IMG/VR virus record: IMGVR_UViG_3300028552_000002
DNA length: 20,000 bases
Origin: an uncultured virus (IMG/VR IMGVR_UViG_3300028552_000002)
Lineage: Duplodnaviria; Heunggongvirae; Uroviricota; Caudoviricetes
Reading direction: 5' to 3' (one strand)
A program made the translations under genes and the position numbers. Positions 7,798 through 15,058 of this stretch are shown here, piece by piece. Below the pieces are notes generated by a model. That model searched no databases. It worked only from the letters and a program-made list of their open reading frames with translations, and had not been told where the DNA came from. The stretch's first letter is position 1, and the number at the start of each line of letters is the position of its first letter.

Positions 7798-8823
7798 TTA
7801 AATTTCACCTTTAAAAGAAACTCCGCCGCCATGCACAGTGACTTCAGTAAGGATAATTTCTCCAGCTCCTTCTATTGCCTTTTTAACGTGTTCAGGCAAA
7901 CATTTTTTCAACGTTGTGATGAATTTTTCGTAAGCATCTTTTGTTGGCGTAACAGAACATCGACAATTCGGTCCGGATGGATGGAACTCTGTCAAGAAAC
8001 CGGTATAATCCTTATCTTTAGCATGATCCCATTTTGCCATAAAAGGATTCTGATTCCAAAAATCCTCTTTGTTTTTATTCCAAACTATATTGCTTAAATT
8101 TTTATTAGTTTGTGTAAGCTCCTTGACCTTATTGATTAAATCTTTATTTTCTCGTTTAAGCCCTTTGACTTCATCACGTAAGTTATCAATTCTTTTCTTC
8201 AAATTATAAGCCGCCTCGCCATCGTTAGGATGATAAACAGTTCCATCCTTGGTTTGAAAATCTTTAAGAGGATTCAATTTCTTAATTAATTCTTCATTTT
8301 CATTGCGTAATTCTATAGTCCTCTTAGAGAAAATATAGTGCGATTCTCCGTCACAAGGTTTATATACATATCCATCGGGATCAGTATAATCTTTTAGATT
8401 AGGAAAAACTTTTTGATCCCAATCGTTGCGTTTTGCCAATTCTGCCTTTAGATTTTCATTATCTTTTCTGTAAGCTTCCACTAATTTAAATTGGTCTTCA
8501 TTTCTATTCTTTAAAGTGTCATTCGAGAATTGTAAATAGTTACTTTTATGTTTTAAACGATTAACCTCTGTATCGGAAAGGGATCTTAAATAAATATTTT
8601 CTTCTCTATATTTTGAAATAGAGTCTCTAGCCGCTGATAATTTACGTTCTAATAAGCCGATGCGTTGTTGACAATCGCCAACAAAAGACTTTTCATCAGC
8701 GACTGACAAAATGAATTTCGCCATGGCCGTACGATCTTGCATCGTGAAAAATGGTGAAGTTCCGTTGATAGCTTTGATTAGTTCATCTTTGCTGATCTGT
8801 TCGAACAATTCTTCTGTAGTCAT
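7798..8823 (-). CDS. coiled-coil hypothetical protein with a duplicated 43-aa module and a PNCRC motif
   Basis: 341 aa, SD AGGAG; LKDY/F..DG.VY.P.DGE repeat. Confidence 0.85.
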   Translation of the reverse strand: MTTEELFEQISKDELIKAINGTSPFFTMQDRTAMAKFILSVADEKSFVGDCQQRIGLLERKLSAARDSISKYREENIYLRSLSDTEVNRLKHKSNYLQFSNDTLKNRNEDQFKLVEAYRKDNENLKAELAKRNDWDQKVFPNLKDYTDPDGYVYKPCDGESHYIFSKRTIELRNENEELIKKLNPLKDFQTKDGTVYHPNDGEAAYNLKKRIDNLRDEVKGLKRENKDLINKVKELTQTNKNLSNIVWNKNKEDFWNQNPFMAKWDHAKDKDYTGFLTEFHPSGPNCRCSVTPTKDAYEKFITTLKKCLPEHVKKAIEGAGEIILTEVTVHGGGVSFKGEI

Positions 8824-8834
8824 AAAATTTACTC

Positions 8835-9206
8835 CTATTCAAAATATTTTAAACGATTTGGGCCAGTCCAACATTCGCGGCAAAGTCTGCGAGATTGATT
8901 ACCGTAAAATATTTTACCACAACTAATGAACTGGCATACATGTTTTTTCTGAACGGTATCTTGATCATAATCTGACGGAGTTAGAGTTCTCATAAAACTT
9001 TCTAATCTATCAAAATCAAGAACGCTATGATGTTTATAGATAGACATGAAACGACCGTTAAGAACGCAATGGCGGAAACCTTCAGGATCATCAAGATAAC
9101 TGAAAAGAGTACTCCTCCCTATGCCTAGCTCTATTGCAAGTCTAGTTTTAGTAATCTTAAACGTTGCTAATATTTCCGGTATGGTAGTGACGTGAAAATC
9201 TGTCAT
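8835..9206 (-). CDS. ninH: NinH-like HTH protein with added C-terminal Cys4 ribbon
   Basis: VTTIPEIL...T.LA.ELGI.RST...Y..D.....HCVLNGRFM matches the lambda/P22 NinH pattern; CQFISC...CREC tail. Confidence 0.7.
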   Translation of the reverse strand: MTDFHVTTIPEILATFKITKTRLAIELGIGRSTLFSYLDDPEGFRHCVLNGRFMSIYKHHSVLDFDRLESFMRTLTPSDYDQDTVQKKHVCQFISCGKIFYGNQSRRLCRECWTGPNRLKYFE

Positions 9207-9481
9207 AAAAATCTTCCTATAGTTCTAGGCCAGCGCGTAATCTCCTGATCATGCCACACTAAAATTTGAGTTTTTCTTTTAATATAAAATTTTTTCATAA
9301 ACGAATCATTTTTAAAATCTAGTCCTCCTCGGATCACAAGGCAGTCGTCAATCGTAGCGTTTTCTAACGGTGAAAGTACTATAGTAGGAGAAGAAATAGA
9401 TTGACAAATCCTTATCATATCGTCATATAAATAATTTAATAAGGAAAGAGCCAATTCTTTTAAGTGTTGTTCTCTTTTCAC
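9203..9481 (-). CDS. hypothetical protein
   Basis: GTG start with SD GAGGA; ATGA-coupled to the ninH-like gene. Confidence 0.65.
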   Translation of the reverse strand: MKREQHLKELALSLLNYLYDDMIRICQSISSPTIVLSPLENATIDDCLVIRGGLDFKNDSFMKKFYIKRKTQILVWHDQEITRWPRTIGRFL

Positions 9482-9490
9482 AATATTTCC

Positions 9491-10015
9491 TCAAAATGGG
9501 ATATCGTCTTCTTCATTGCGTATTCTATTCCAGAGTGAAGAAGAATAATCGAAAGATTGAATATTTCCGCCAGAATAGACATTCATTTCGCTAGCTATTT
9601 TGACGGCTTCAATTGCGTGATGCCCGGCTTTCATTATTGCTTCCGCAATCTGCCATCCGCTTCCAAGAGTGGCCCGTTCTTCTACTATACAATAACTGGC
9701 ATTCGTTTTAGATTCTGGCTTGACTAACTGAAAACATTCTCCTCTATCAGTGACTAAAAGAGCCATAAAATTTGAGGAGTCTGTCCACTTTGTATCGTAA
9801 TCAATGCCAAGCTTTACTTTTAGCCTATGAATCAATTCAAATTCATCGCCAGCATTGCCAGAGGAAGCGAAAGCAATAATTGTATGACCGTGAAAGATCC
9901 AATCCTCGAAATTATTGACGTAAAGTTTCTTACTCTTAAGAGAATTGACGGTATCACCTACGCTGGATTGACTATCAGCGGCTAAAATATTTCCATCCCA
10001 TGCAATTGTTGTCAT
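9491..10015 (-). CDS. HslV/proteasome-like Ntn-hydrolase peptidase
   Basis: M-TTIAW...LAADSQ (Thr1 nucleophile), K in SKKL, LGSG...A, VYSGG. Confidence 0.85.
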   Translation of the reverse strand: MTTIAWDGNILAADSQSSVGDTVNSLKSKKLYVNNFEDWIFHGHTIIAFASSGNAGDEFELIHRLKVKLGIDYDTKWTDSSNFMALLVTDRGECFQLVKPESKTNASYCIVEERATLGSGWQIAEAIMKAGHHAIEAVKIASEMNVYSGGNIQSFDYSSSLWNRIRNEEDDIPF

Positions 10016-10017
10016 TT

Positions 10018-10209
10018 TTATTTTTCCATTTTACATTCTAAAAAGAGATTTTCTTTTTCTTCAACTTTCTGCTTTTTAATTTCTATGAGTAATTTTTCTA
10101 AAGAGATTTCTGTATATCCATCAAAATACGTCATTAATATAACATAATCCTTTCCAGAATTATATCCGATAGCTGCGGCTAACTTATTTCTTATGCTTAA
10201 ACTTGCCAT
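10018..10209 (-). CDS. hypothetical protein
   Basis: ATG10209 follows the stop of the upstream remnant; the longer start at 10251 is also possible. Confidence 0.5.
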   Translation of the reverse strand: MASLSIRNKLAAAIGYNSGKDYVILMTYFDGYTEISLEKLLIEIKKQKVEEKENLFLECKMEK

Positions 10210-10211
10210 GG

Positions 10212-10346
10212 TTAATCTATTTCCGCGTCGTTTGGATGGATATTCCAACATTTATAACAGGCAGCGTTTACACCATCCTCAACGCTGAAAGCTAAAACTT
10301 ATTGTTGATGGCGAGGTAATTGATCTTCAATTTTTATCCATTTCAT
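10212..10346 (-). pseudogene. DUF551-like remnant with internal TAA
   Basis: ATGA-coupled start; MKWIKIEDQLPRHQQ*VLAFSVEDGVNAACY...; TAA at 10299-10301; lacks the usual THWMPLP C-terminus. Confidence 0.6.
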
Positions 10347-10663
10347 TTTCGTAGATTCCAATCTTTCACTCTTTTTAGTAAATCTTCGTTATTTATAGTA
10401 ATCGTGGATTGTCCCACGTCTCTTATGATGAAGTTGCACATTCTTTCCAAAGAGGCCCGGATAGCCTTAATATCGGTCGCCATATCCTCAGAATCAGCCG
10501 CCTGTTGTTCATTGGATTTTGAAATCTGGGACTCATCGTCGGCAAGCGTACCCGAGATTTCAATGTCATGCATTATCGAATCGGCCAATTTTTCTACAAT
10601 TTGGATATCATAGATTCTGGATGCGATAGCCTTAAAAATTTCAGTTCTCAATTTGTAGTCCAT
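10343..10663 (-). CDS. hypothetical protein
   Basis: 106 aa, SD AGAGG. Confidence 0.75.
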   Translation of the reverse strand: MDYKLRTEIFKAIASRIYDIQIVEKLADSIMHDIEISGTLADDESQISKSNEQQAADSEDMATDIKAIRASLERMCNFIIRDVGQSTITINNEDLLKRVKDWNLRK

Positions 10664-10763
10664 AAGAAAACCTCTTTATACGGGAGTTTATAATAACAAA
10701 TGGCGCGGCGACAAACTTTGATTTAGAACAATTAATCTTTAACAAGTAAATACCGTGTTCTGT

Positions 10764-11101
10764 TCATTTCGACTCACTCATAGTTAAAAATCCATCTAAG
10801 AAACTTTCTGCCGTTTGTATTTCTATTCTAACAAGCTTTTCATCTTTCCTTTTACGTCTAGCGATTTCTCGTTTTGGAATTTTATACAGATAATAGAGGA
10901 GAACGATTTTATATAGATTACGATCCTTTGATCCAAGTGAAGACAATGCAAATTCTATTGGTGATGTGTCATAATTTTTTAAATTTCTTTTGTTTTAGGA
11001 ATGATATCGCGAAATCCATCGGTAACATTTAAATAATCAACTCTTGAGCGATCGTTTGGTGTCGAATCTGCCCAATTTTTAAGAACTTCTTTTATGGACA
11101 T
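10764..11101 (-). pseudogene. Q: frameshifted antitermination protein Q (PF06530-like)
   Basis: N-half MSIKEVLKNW...VDY....GFRDIIPK from TAATG-coupled ATG11101 stops at 10979-10981; C-half YYLYKIPKREIARRKRKDEKLVRIEIQTAESFLDGFL is in the -1 frame; span 338 nt = 3n+2. Confidence 0.75.
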
Positions 11102-11394
11102 TATTTCGCATCCTCTTTTGACGGGGCGGCGAGAAGCGCCTCTGTTTCGCTTACCAAATGTCTAGGCAGCTTCTCGCCAGCCTCTAAACATGCTCGGCCA
11201 TACGATAGCCAACGTTTTAGCATGTGCTCAAAATCCGGCACCCGGCTTGCTGCGGGCGGGGTAAACGTTGCAATAAGTTCCCGAAGCTTTTTAAATTCAG
11301 CCCTATTCATTTCGAGAGACATGTCATCGTAATCAGTGCAACGGTCTAGCAAGTCTTGGATAGTCCAGCCCTCAAAATTCGGATTATCACTCAT
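11101..11394 (-). CDS. hypothetical protein, lambdoid Ea-region style
   Basis: Start MSDNPNF with SD AAGGGGG; PPAASRVPD and LLAAPSKE linkers typical of Eaa/Ead-type proteins. Confidence 0.7.
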   Translation of the reverse strand: MSDNPNFEGWTIQDLLDRCTDYDDMSLEMNRAEFKKLRELIATFTPPAASRVPDFEHMLKRWLSYGRACLEAGEKLPRHLVSETEALLAAPSKEDAK

Positions 11395-11977
11395 GGTTCG
11401 CCCCCTTGTCGCCGTTGGCGCGGTCATCAGGCCAAGCGGCACACGGGCCATCATGACCAGCACCGCGAGTACAGCACCAGCAAGGTGATGGTAATTTGCA
11501 TTCTTCGCCTGGGAAAAATTGCGGTGAAGGAGTGGCTATACCAAATGGGTCTATCGGGTCTTCGTGTTTATTTATGAAAAAGATTCCCTGTGTAAGTACA
11601 ACGTTTAGGATTTCATCCATTAACCTGCAAAGCGGCTCTTGTTCTTCGTAACTTAAATTAAAGTCGTTAAGTTTTAGAATATCTAAAGCCACATGACAAC
11701 ACTCATGAGCTAGAAACTGAAGTATTTCAGTTTCTGTGAATGGTTCTCCTGTATGCGGATATTTCTCCCCAACCAAAATTATAAAGGTCTGGAAATTATT
11801 ATCTGAAGCAACATCACATAACCGAGAAACAAGTTCAACCTCATCTTCATGCAGTCGAGTAGAGAAAGCAACACGAGGCTTATATGCAAAACCAAAGTAA
11901 TAGTCTGTGCTGCTATTTGAAAAACCTATTATTAAATTATAAACATTTTCTTTGTAATATATTTTAGTTGTCTTCAT
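11387..11977 (-). CDS. HExxH metallopeptidase-like protein fused to a Cys/His tail
   Basis: LAHECCH...EEQEPL; C-terminal CKLPSPCWCCTRGAGHDGPCAA; SD AGGT. Confidence 0.7.
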   Translation of the reverse strand: MKTTKIYYKENVYNLIIGFSNSSTDYYFGFAYKPRVAFSTRLHEDEVELVSRLCDVASDNNFQTFIILVGEKYPHTGEPFTETEILQFLAHECCHVALDILKLNDFNLSYEEQEPLCRLMDEILNVVLTQGIFFINKHEDPIDPFGIATPSPQFFPGEECKLPSPCWCCTRGAGHDGPCAAWPDDRANGDKGANHE

Positions 11978-12063
11978 AAATACCTGATAATTATTGGGGA
12001 TAAAAATATTATTTAATCATCTGAAGACTTGAACATCATTTCCTCAGACATCATTTATGCTCC

Positions 12064-12867
12064 TTATTTGGCGAGCATATCTTCGCGACATGCGTTATAC
12101 CCCTTTACCCATTGAATATAGTTGCTTGCTTTGATGTGACGATTGGCAAATGCCTCAGTATCCGTCATTTCATCCGGTATATAAGCTGGTTGAAAAATTG
12201 ATTCAGCGATAGCGTTATCAGCAATATCAACCGCGCTGGATAATGCATCCCACAATTCCTGTGCTTGAATCTCTATTGGCCTTTCTCGTGGTAGATGCTT
12301 AGCTAAATCAATGATTTTATTGAGCGCCACCTTGGCATTATTATCTGGTTCTGGTGCAGCGCTAACCGGAGGCTGCTTGTCGAGCATGGCGGCGCGGTAA
12401 CGGGTCAATACGTCAGCAATGTATTCTTTCGTGACTTCTGGAACGTCGCGCCCATGGGAGATTAGCGCAGAGAGCGCCACGCCCAGCGCTTGGATAATTT
12501 CGGCTATAGGCGCCGCTTCATCCGGCACGGCTGGCGCTAGCGGTGCGGCATAGACTTTCACGACTCTATCGCCTTCAATCAGTGTTTCATCGTGGATGGT
12601 GACGTGGGCACAGACGTTCGCGTCTTCCGACTCGTAAAGATATAGTGTTGTCACAGGCTCACCCGCCAGCGCATCGCGCCGATTGAGTTCGGCCTCGGCT
12701 ATTTTGGCTCTTTCATGTAATACTGATTTAACGGTTATATCTGTATTGTGAATTGCAGTCAGCGCTTCGATATGTTCGAGTAATTGGATAATTACACCGC
12801 CACGAATGAAAGATTTTTCACAACGTTTAATACTTTCCAATTCTTCCTGCGTCAATAGTTTGCTCAT
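12064..12867 (-). CDS. Ead/Eaa-like modular protein
   Basis: RAKIAEAELNRRDALAGEPV...VYAAPLAPAVPDE...WVKGYNACREDML, typical enterobacterial Ea-region modules; SD GAGGT. Confidence 0.75.
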   Translation of the reverse strand: MSKLLTQEELESIKRCEKSFIRGGVIIQLLEHIEALTAIHNTDITVKSVLHERAKIAEAELNRRDALAGEPVTTLYLYESEDANVCAHVTIHDETLIEGDRVVKVYAAPLAPAVPDEAAPIAEIIQALGVALSALISHGRDVPEVTKEYIADVLTRYRAAMLDKQPPVSAAPEPDNNAKVALNKIIDLAKHLPRERPIEIQAQELWDALSSAVDIADNAIAESIFQPAYIPDEMTDTEAFANRHIKASNYIQWVKGYNACREDMLAK

Positions 12868-12870
12868 GAT

Positions 12871-13053
12871 TTACCTCAATAATACTAATTTTATATTACC
12901 AATTTCAGGATGGCTTCTTAAAACAGCGTTGCCATTACAAACCACGTCTATGAATCCTTCCCATTCATATTCTGGCTGGTCACCTAATTGATGCCCAACT
13001 TGAGCATTAGCCGGGAATTTTTTTAGCTCTTTTATTAATTGGCCGACTGTCAT
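12871..13053 (-). CDS. small conserved phage hypothetical protein (MTVGQLIKELKKFP...)
   Basis: SD GGAGGT before ATG13053; ATGA coupling. Confidence 0.75.
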   Translation of the reverse strand: MTVGQLIKELKKFPANAQVGHQLGDQPEYEWEGFIDVVCNGNAVLRSHPEIGNIKLVLLR

Positions 13054-13163
13054 ACCCACCTCCATAAATTCCAAATCACAGTTATCGGTAACGCAATAGT
13101 GACAGCCGTAAACGGCAAATTATTCAGCCATCTGTCAAGGCGTCTATCGGGTTGCGGTTTCAT
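13050..13163 (-). CDS. 37-aa single-TM peptide (absent from ORF track)
   Basis: MKPQPDRRLDRWLNNLPFTAVTIALPITVIWNLWRWV; ATGA overlaps at both ends, exactly filling the gap. Confidence 0.65.
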   Translation of the reverse strand: MKPQPDRRLDRWLNNLPFTAVTIALPITVIWNLWRWV

Positions 13164-13471
13164 TCTTCAACTTTGAAACCGGCGGTTTTGATGGCTATTT
13201 CTAATGCCGAAATATATCTACTTTTATATAAATATCCATCTGGATTATAATCAAAGGCGTCTATATCTGGAATCTTAACCGGCACCTGCAACCGCCGTTC
13301 AGCATCACGCAAACGGTCGATGAGTTGAATAATCATCATGCATGGATTGTCGTTAGTAATTTCATCGGTTAAAACGGCGAAATCCCACATATTTCCGTCA
13401 TCGCTCGCGCCAACTTGCGCGGCTGATTCGTAGATTTCTTGAATATTTTCGTCGGTTAATTTATTCATCAA
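13160..13471 (-). CDS. Ead/Ea22-like hypothetical protein
   Basis: P..IIQLIDRLRDAERRLQVPVKIP...AIKTAGFKVEE pattern. Confidence 0.7.
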   Translation of the reverse strand: MMNKLTDENIQEIYESAAQVGASDDGNMWDFAVLTDEITNDNPCMMIIQLIDRLRDAERRLQVPVKIPDIDAFDYNPDGYLYKSRYISALEIAIKTAGFKVEE

Positions 13472-13706
13472 AGTCTGTCCAGTCAGTGTCTAAATCAGGA
13501 TCAAAAGAATCTATTTCTTCTTCCTCATCCCACTCTACGTATCCTTCAGATACACCGTCACAATTGAAATTTCCTTTATGACCACATTCAGGGCATGTGA
13601 CAATATCACCATCCCAGAAATAGCCATCACGCGCTTCTAGCGTGTCAATTTCTACAGGATTACAGCCGCAGACCGGACAATCGGTGAAATCAATTTCTTT
13701 TTTCAT
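13461..13706 (-). CDS. zinc-ribbon protein with acidic tail (Lar-like Cys spacing)
   Basis: CPVCG...CPECG; start at ATG13706 coupled to the upstream TGA. Confidence 0.7.
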   Translation of the reverse strand: MKKEIDFTDCPVCGCNPVEIDTLEARDGYFWDGDIVTCPECGHKGNFNCDGVSEGYVEWDEEEEIDSFDPDLDTDWTDFDE

Positions 13707-13870
13707 CTTAAAATTTTCCCAGTAGTGAGAATTTGGTGGTGGGCGGTTTTTATAGCAGTCATGGCTGCTAGCCATGAATAAGAAGGAGTGCAAACTTTGC
13801 TACAGTTGCGACCGACTTCTTTACCGTAATCGACCATTTGGAAATGTTGGGATTTAGTGAGAGTCTTCAT
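13703..13870 (-). CDS. 55-aa hypothetical protein (absent from ORF track)
   Basis: MKTLTKSQHFQMVDYGKEVGRNCSKVCTPSYSWLAAMTAIKTAHHQILTTGKILR; SD AAGGGG; first gene after promoter 13900-13928; ATGA-coupled downstream. Confidence 0.7.
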   Translation of the reverse strand: MKTLTKSQHFQMVDYGKEVGRNCSKVCTPSYSWLAAMTAIKTAHHQILTTGKILR

Positions 13871-13899
13871 TAGTGGTTCCCCTTTATCTTATGAGAACC

Positions 13900-13928
13900 A
13901 CTATAACGCCAATGAACACTTTTTACAA
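13900..13928 (-). promoter_or_regulatory. sigma70-like promoter with a box in the spacer
   Basis: TTGTAA-N17-TATAGT; CGCCAATGAACA at 13907-13918. Confidence 0.8.
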
Positions 13929-13943
13929 GAGGGAGATAAAACT

Positions 13944-14246
13944 TTATAGAAGATCTTCCAAAGCTTTTACGCCTGCCTGAAGAATCAAAAGAACACGCTT
14001 TTCATTTTCTTGGGATAAACCGATTTCATCTAATAAACCGATAATGGGTCTTTCAGGATCTTCATTATCTTTTGATGGAGGCAAACGATCAAGTCGATTC
14101 ACTAGAGACCAAACTCTAGAACAAATCTCTGACGAAAGCATAACATTGCTGTTTTGATTTTCTTTAATCCCTTCCAAAGGGGTCAAAGGTTTAGTGTCTT
14201 CTCGTGAATCGATATCGAGATCAGACCTGATTTTCTTCGCCGTCAT
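13944..14246 (-). CDS. hypothetical protein
   Basis: 100-aa ORF overlapping the upstream gene. Confidence 0.7.
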   Translation of the reverse strand: MTAKKIRSDLDIDSREDTKPLTPLEGIKENQNSNVMLSSEICSRVWSLVNRLDRLPPSKDNEDPERPIIGLLDEIGLSQENEKRVLLILQAGVKALEDLL

Positions 14247-14436
14247 TTTCTTTATTTCCTTTTGTTAAATTAATTTCAATAGAACTTCCGTCGTTAAACT
14301 TTGCAGATATATTATTCAGTCCATGATGATCTAAAACGATGGATAAAATTTCCAAAAGAATAGTCATTCTTTCGCCTTCGTCTTCGATGATATCCAGCGC
14401 GTCGACGACGTGCATTAATTTATCATTTTTTGTCAT
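14221..14436 (-). CDS. hypothetical protein
   Basis: Start MTKNDK at 14436 with SD AGGA. Confidence 0.7.
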   Translation of the reverse strand: MTKNDKLMHVVDALDIIEDEGERMTILLEILSIVLDHHGLNNISAKFNDGSSIEINLTKGNKENDGEENQV

Positions 14437-14903
14437 AGTCGATTTTTCCTGATTCGAAAGCGTTGAGGATTTTCTTAGCGGCCCATACATAGTTCCCGTT
14501 AGAAATTATGTCTTCAATCTTCTTTAGCGCCCCGGCATGTTTATCAATATAAGGCTCAAGCGCATGTTCTTTCACTACCATAGAATATTCTTTATTGAAA
14601 AGAACAAAATTATCATTTTCAATATGAACAATTAACCATGCCCTTAGATTCGGCAAAACTAATACTTTATCCCCAACCTTAAACTTTGGCATCTTTGCTT
14701 TCTCCAGCATTTCACGGGTTACCACAGAAGTAGACCAGTCAGAACATAATTTATATTTACCCAATTTATTGGCATCACGCATACCCCAGATATGACCCTC
14801 TAAGGACGGATACCTATAATCACTCCAAAACCTCTCCATTCCAATCCTGCGCAATGAAAGCACCGTCCAAACCTTCTTTAATGCACAATTCTAAAAGCGT
14901 CAT
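14423..14903 (-). pseudogene. frameshifted conserved phage hypothetical gene
   Basis: SD TAAGGTG + ATG14903 gives MTLLELCIKEGLDGAFIAQDWNGEV then TGA; removing one T of the T4 run (A4 at 14827-14830) continues WSDYRYP...LCSDWSTSVVTRE; span 481 nt = 3n+1. Confidence 0.7.
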
Positions 14904-14925
14904 TTTTATTCACCTTATTAATTAT

Positions 14926-15058
14926 CTTTGGTGATGTGGTGGCCGGTACTGAATTTCCGGCATATGTGTGCGTCGAACCGAGTCATTACGCATGGGAGTT
15001 GCACCCATCACACCTCTAGCAGATACGTATCAGCCTACGTATTCACCACATCCCAAAG
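14926..15058 (-). ncRNA. C4 antisense RNA-like (P1 C4 / P4 CI / IsrK-type) structured RNA
   Basis: GATGTGGTG...CACCACATC closing stem, GAAT-ACGT-AGGCTGAT-ACGT and GCCGG-AAATTCAGTA-CCGGC hairpins match the C4 motif as I recall it; followed by ACCA. Confidence 0.75.

Noticed and set aside
10299..10301. Stop-codon reassignment explaining the in-frame TAA
   Set aside because: TAA, TGA and TAG all terminate well-coupled genes elsewhere in the window; standard code 11 fits
10506..10515. Partial box TGTTCATTGG inside a CDS
   Set aside because: 10/12 match within coding sequence with no promoter context; likely chance
14929..15052. Canonical tRNA gene
   Set aside because: About 124 nt, 9-bp closing stem, no standard D-arm or GTTCRA T-loop; fits a C4-like RNA better
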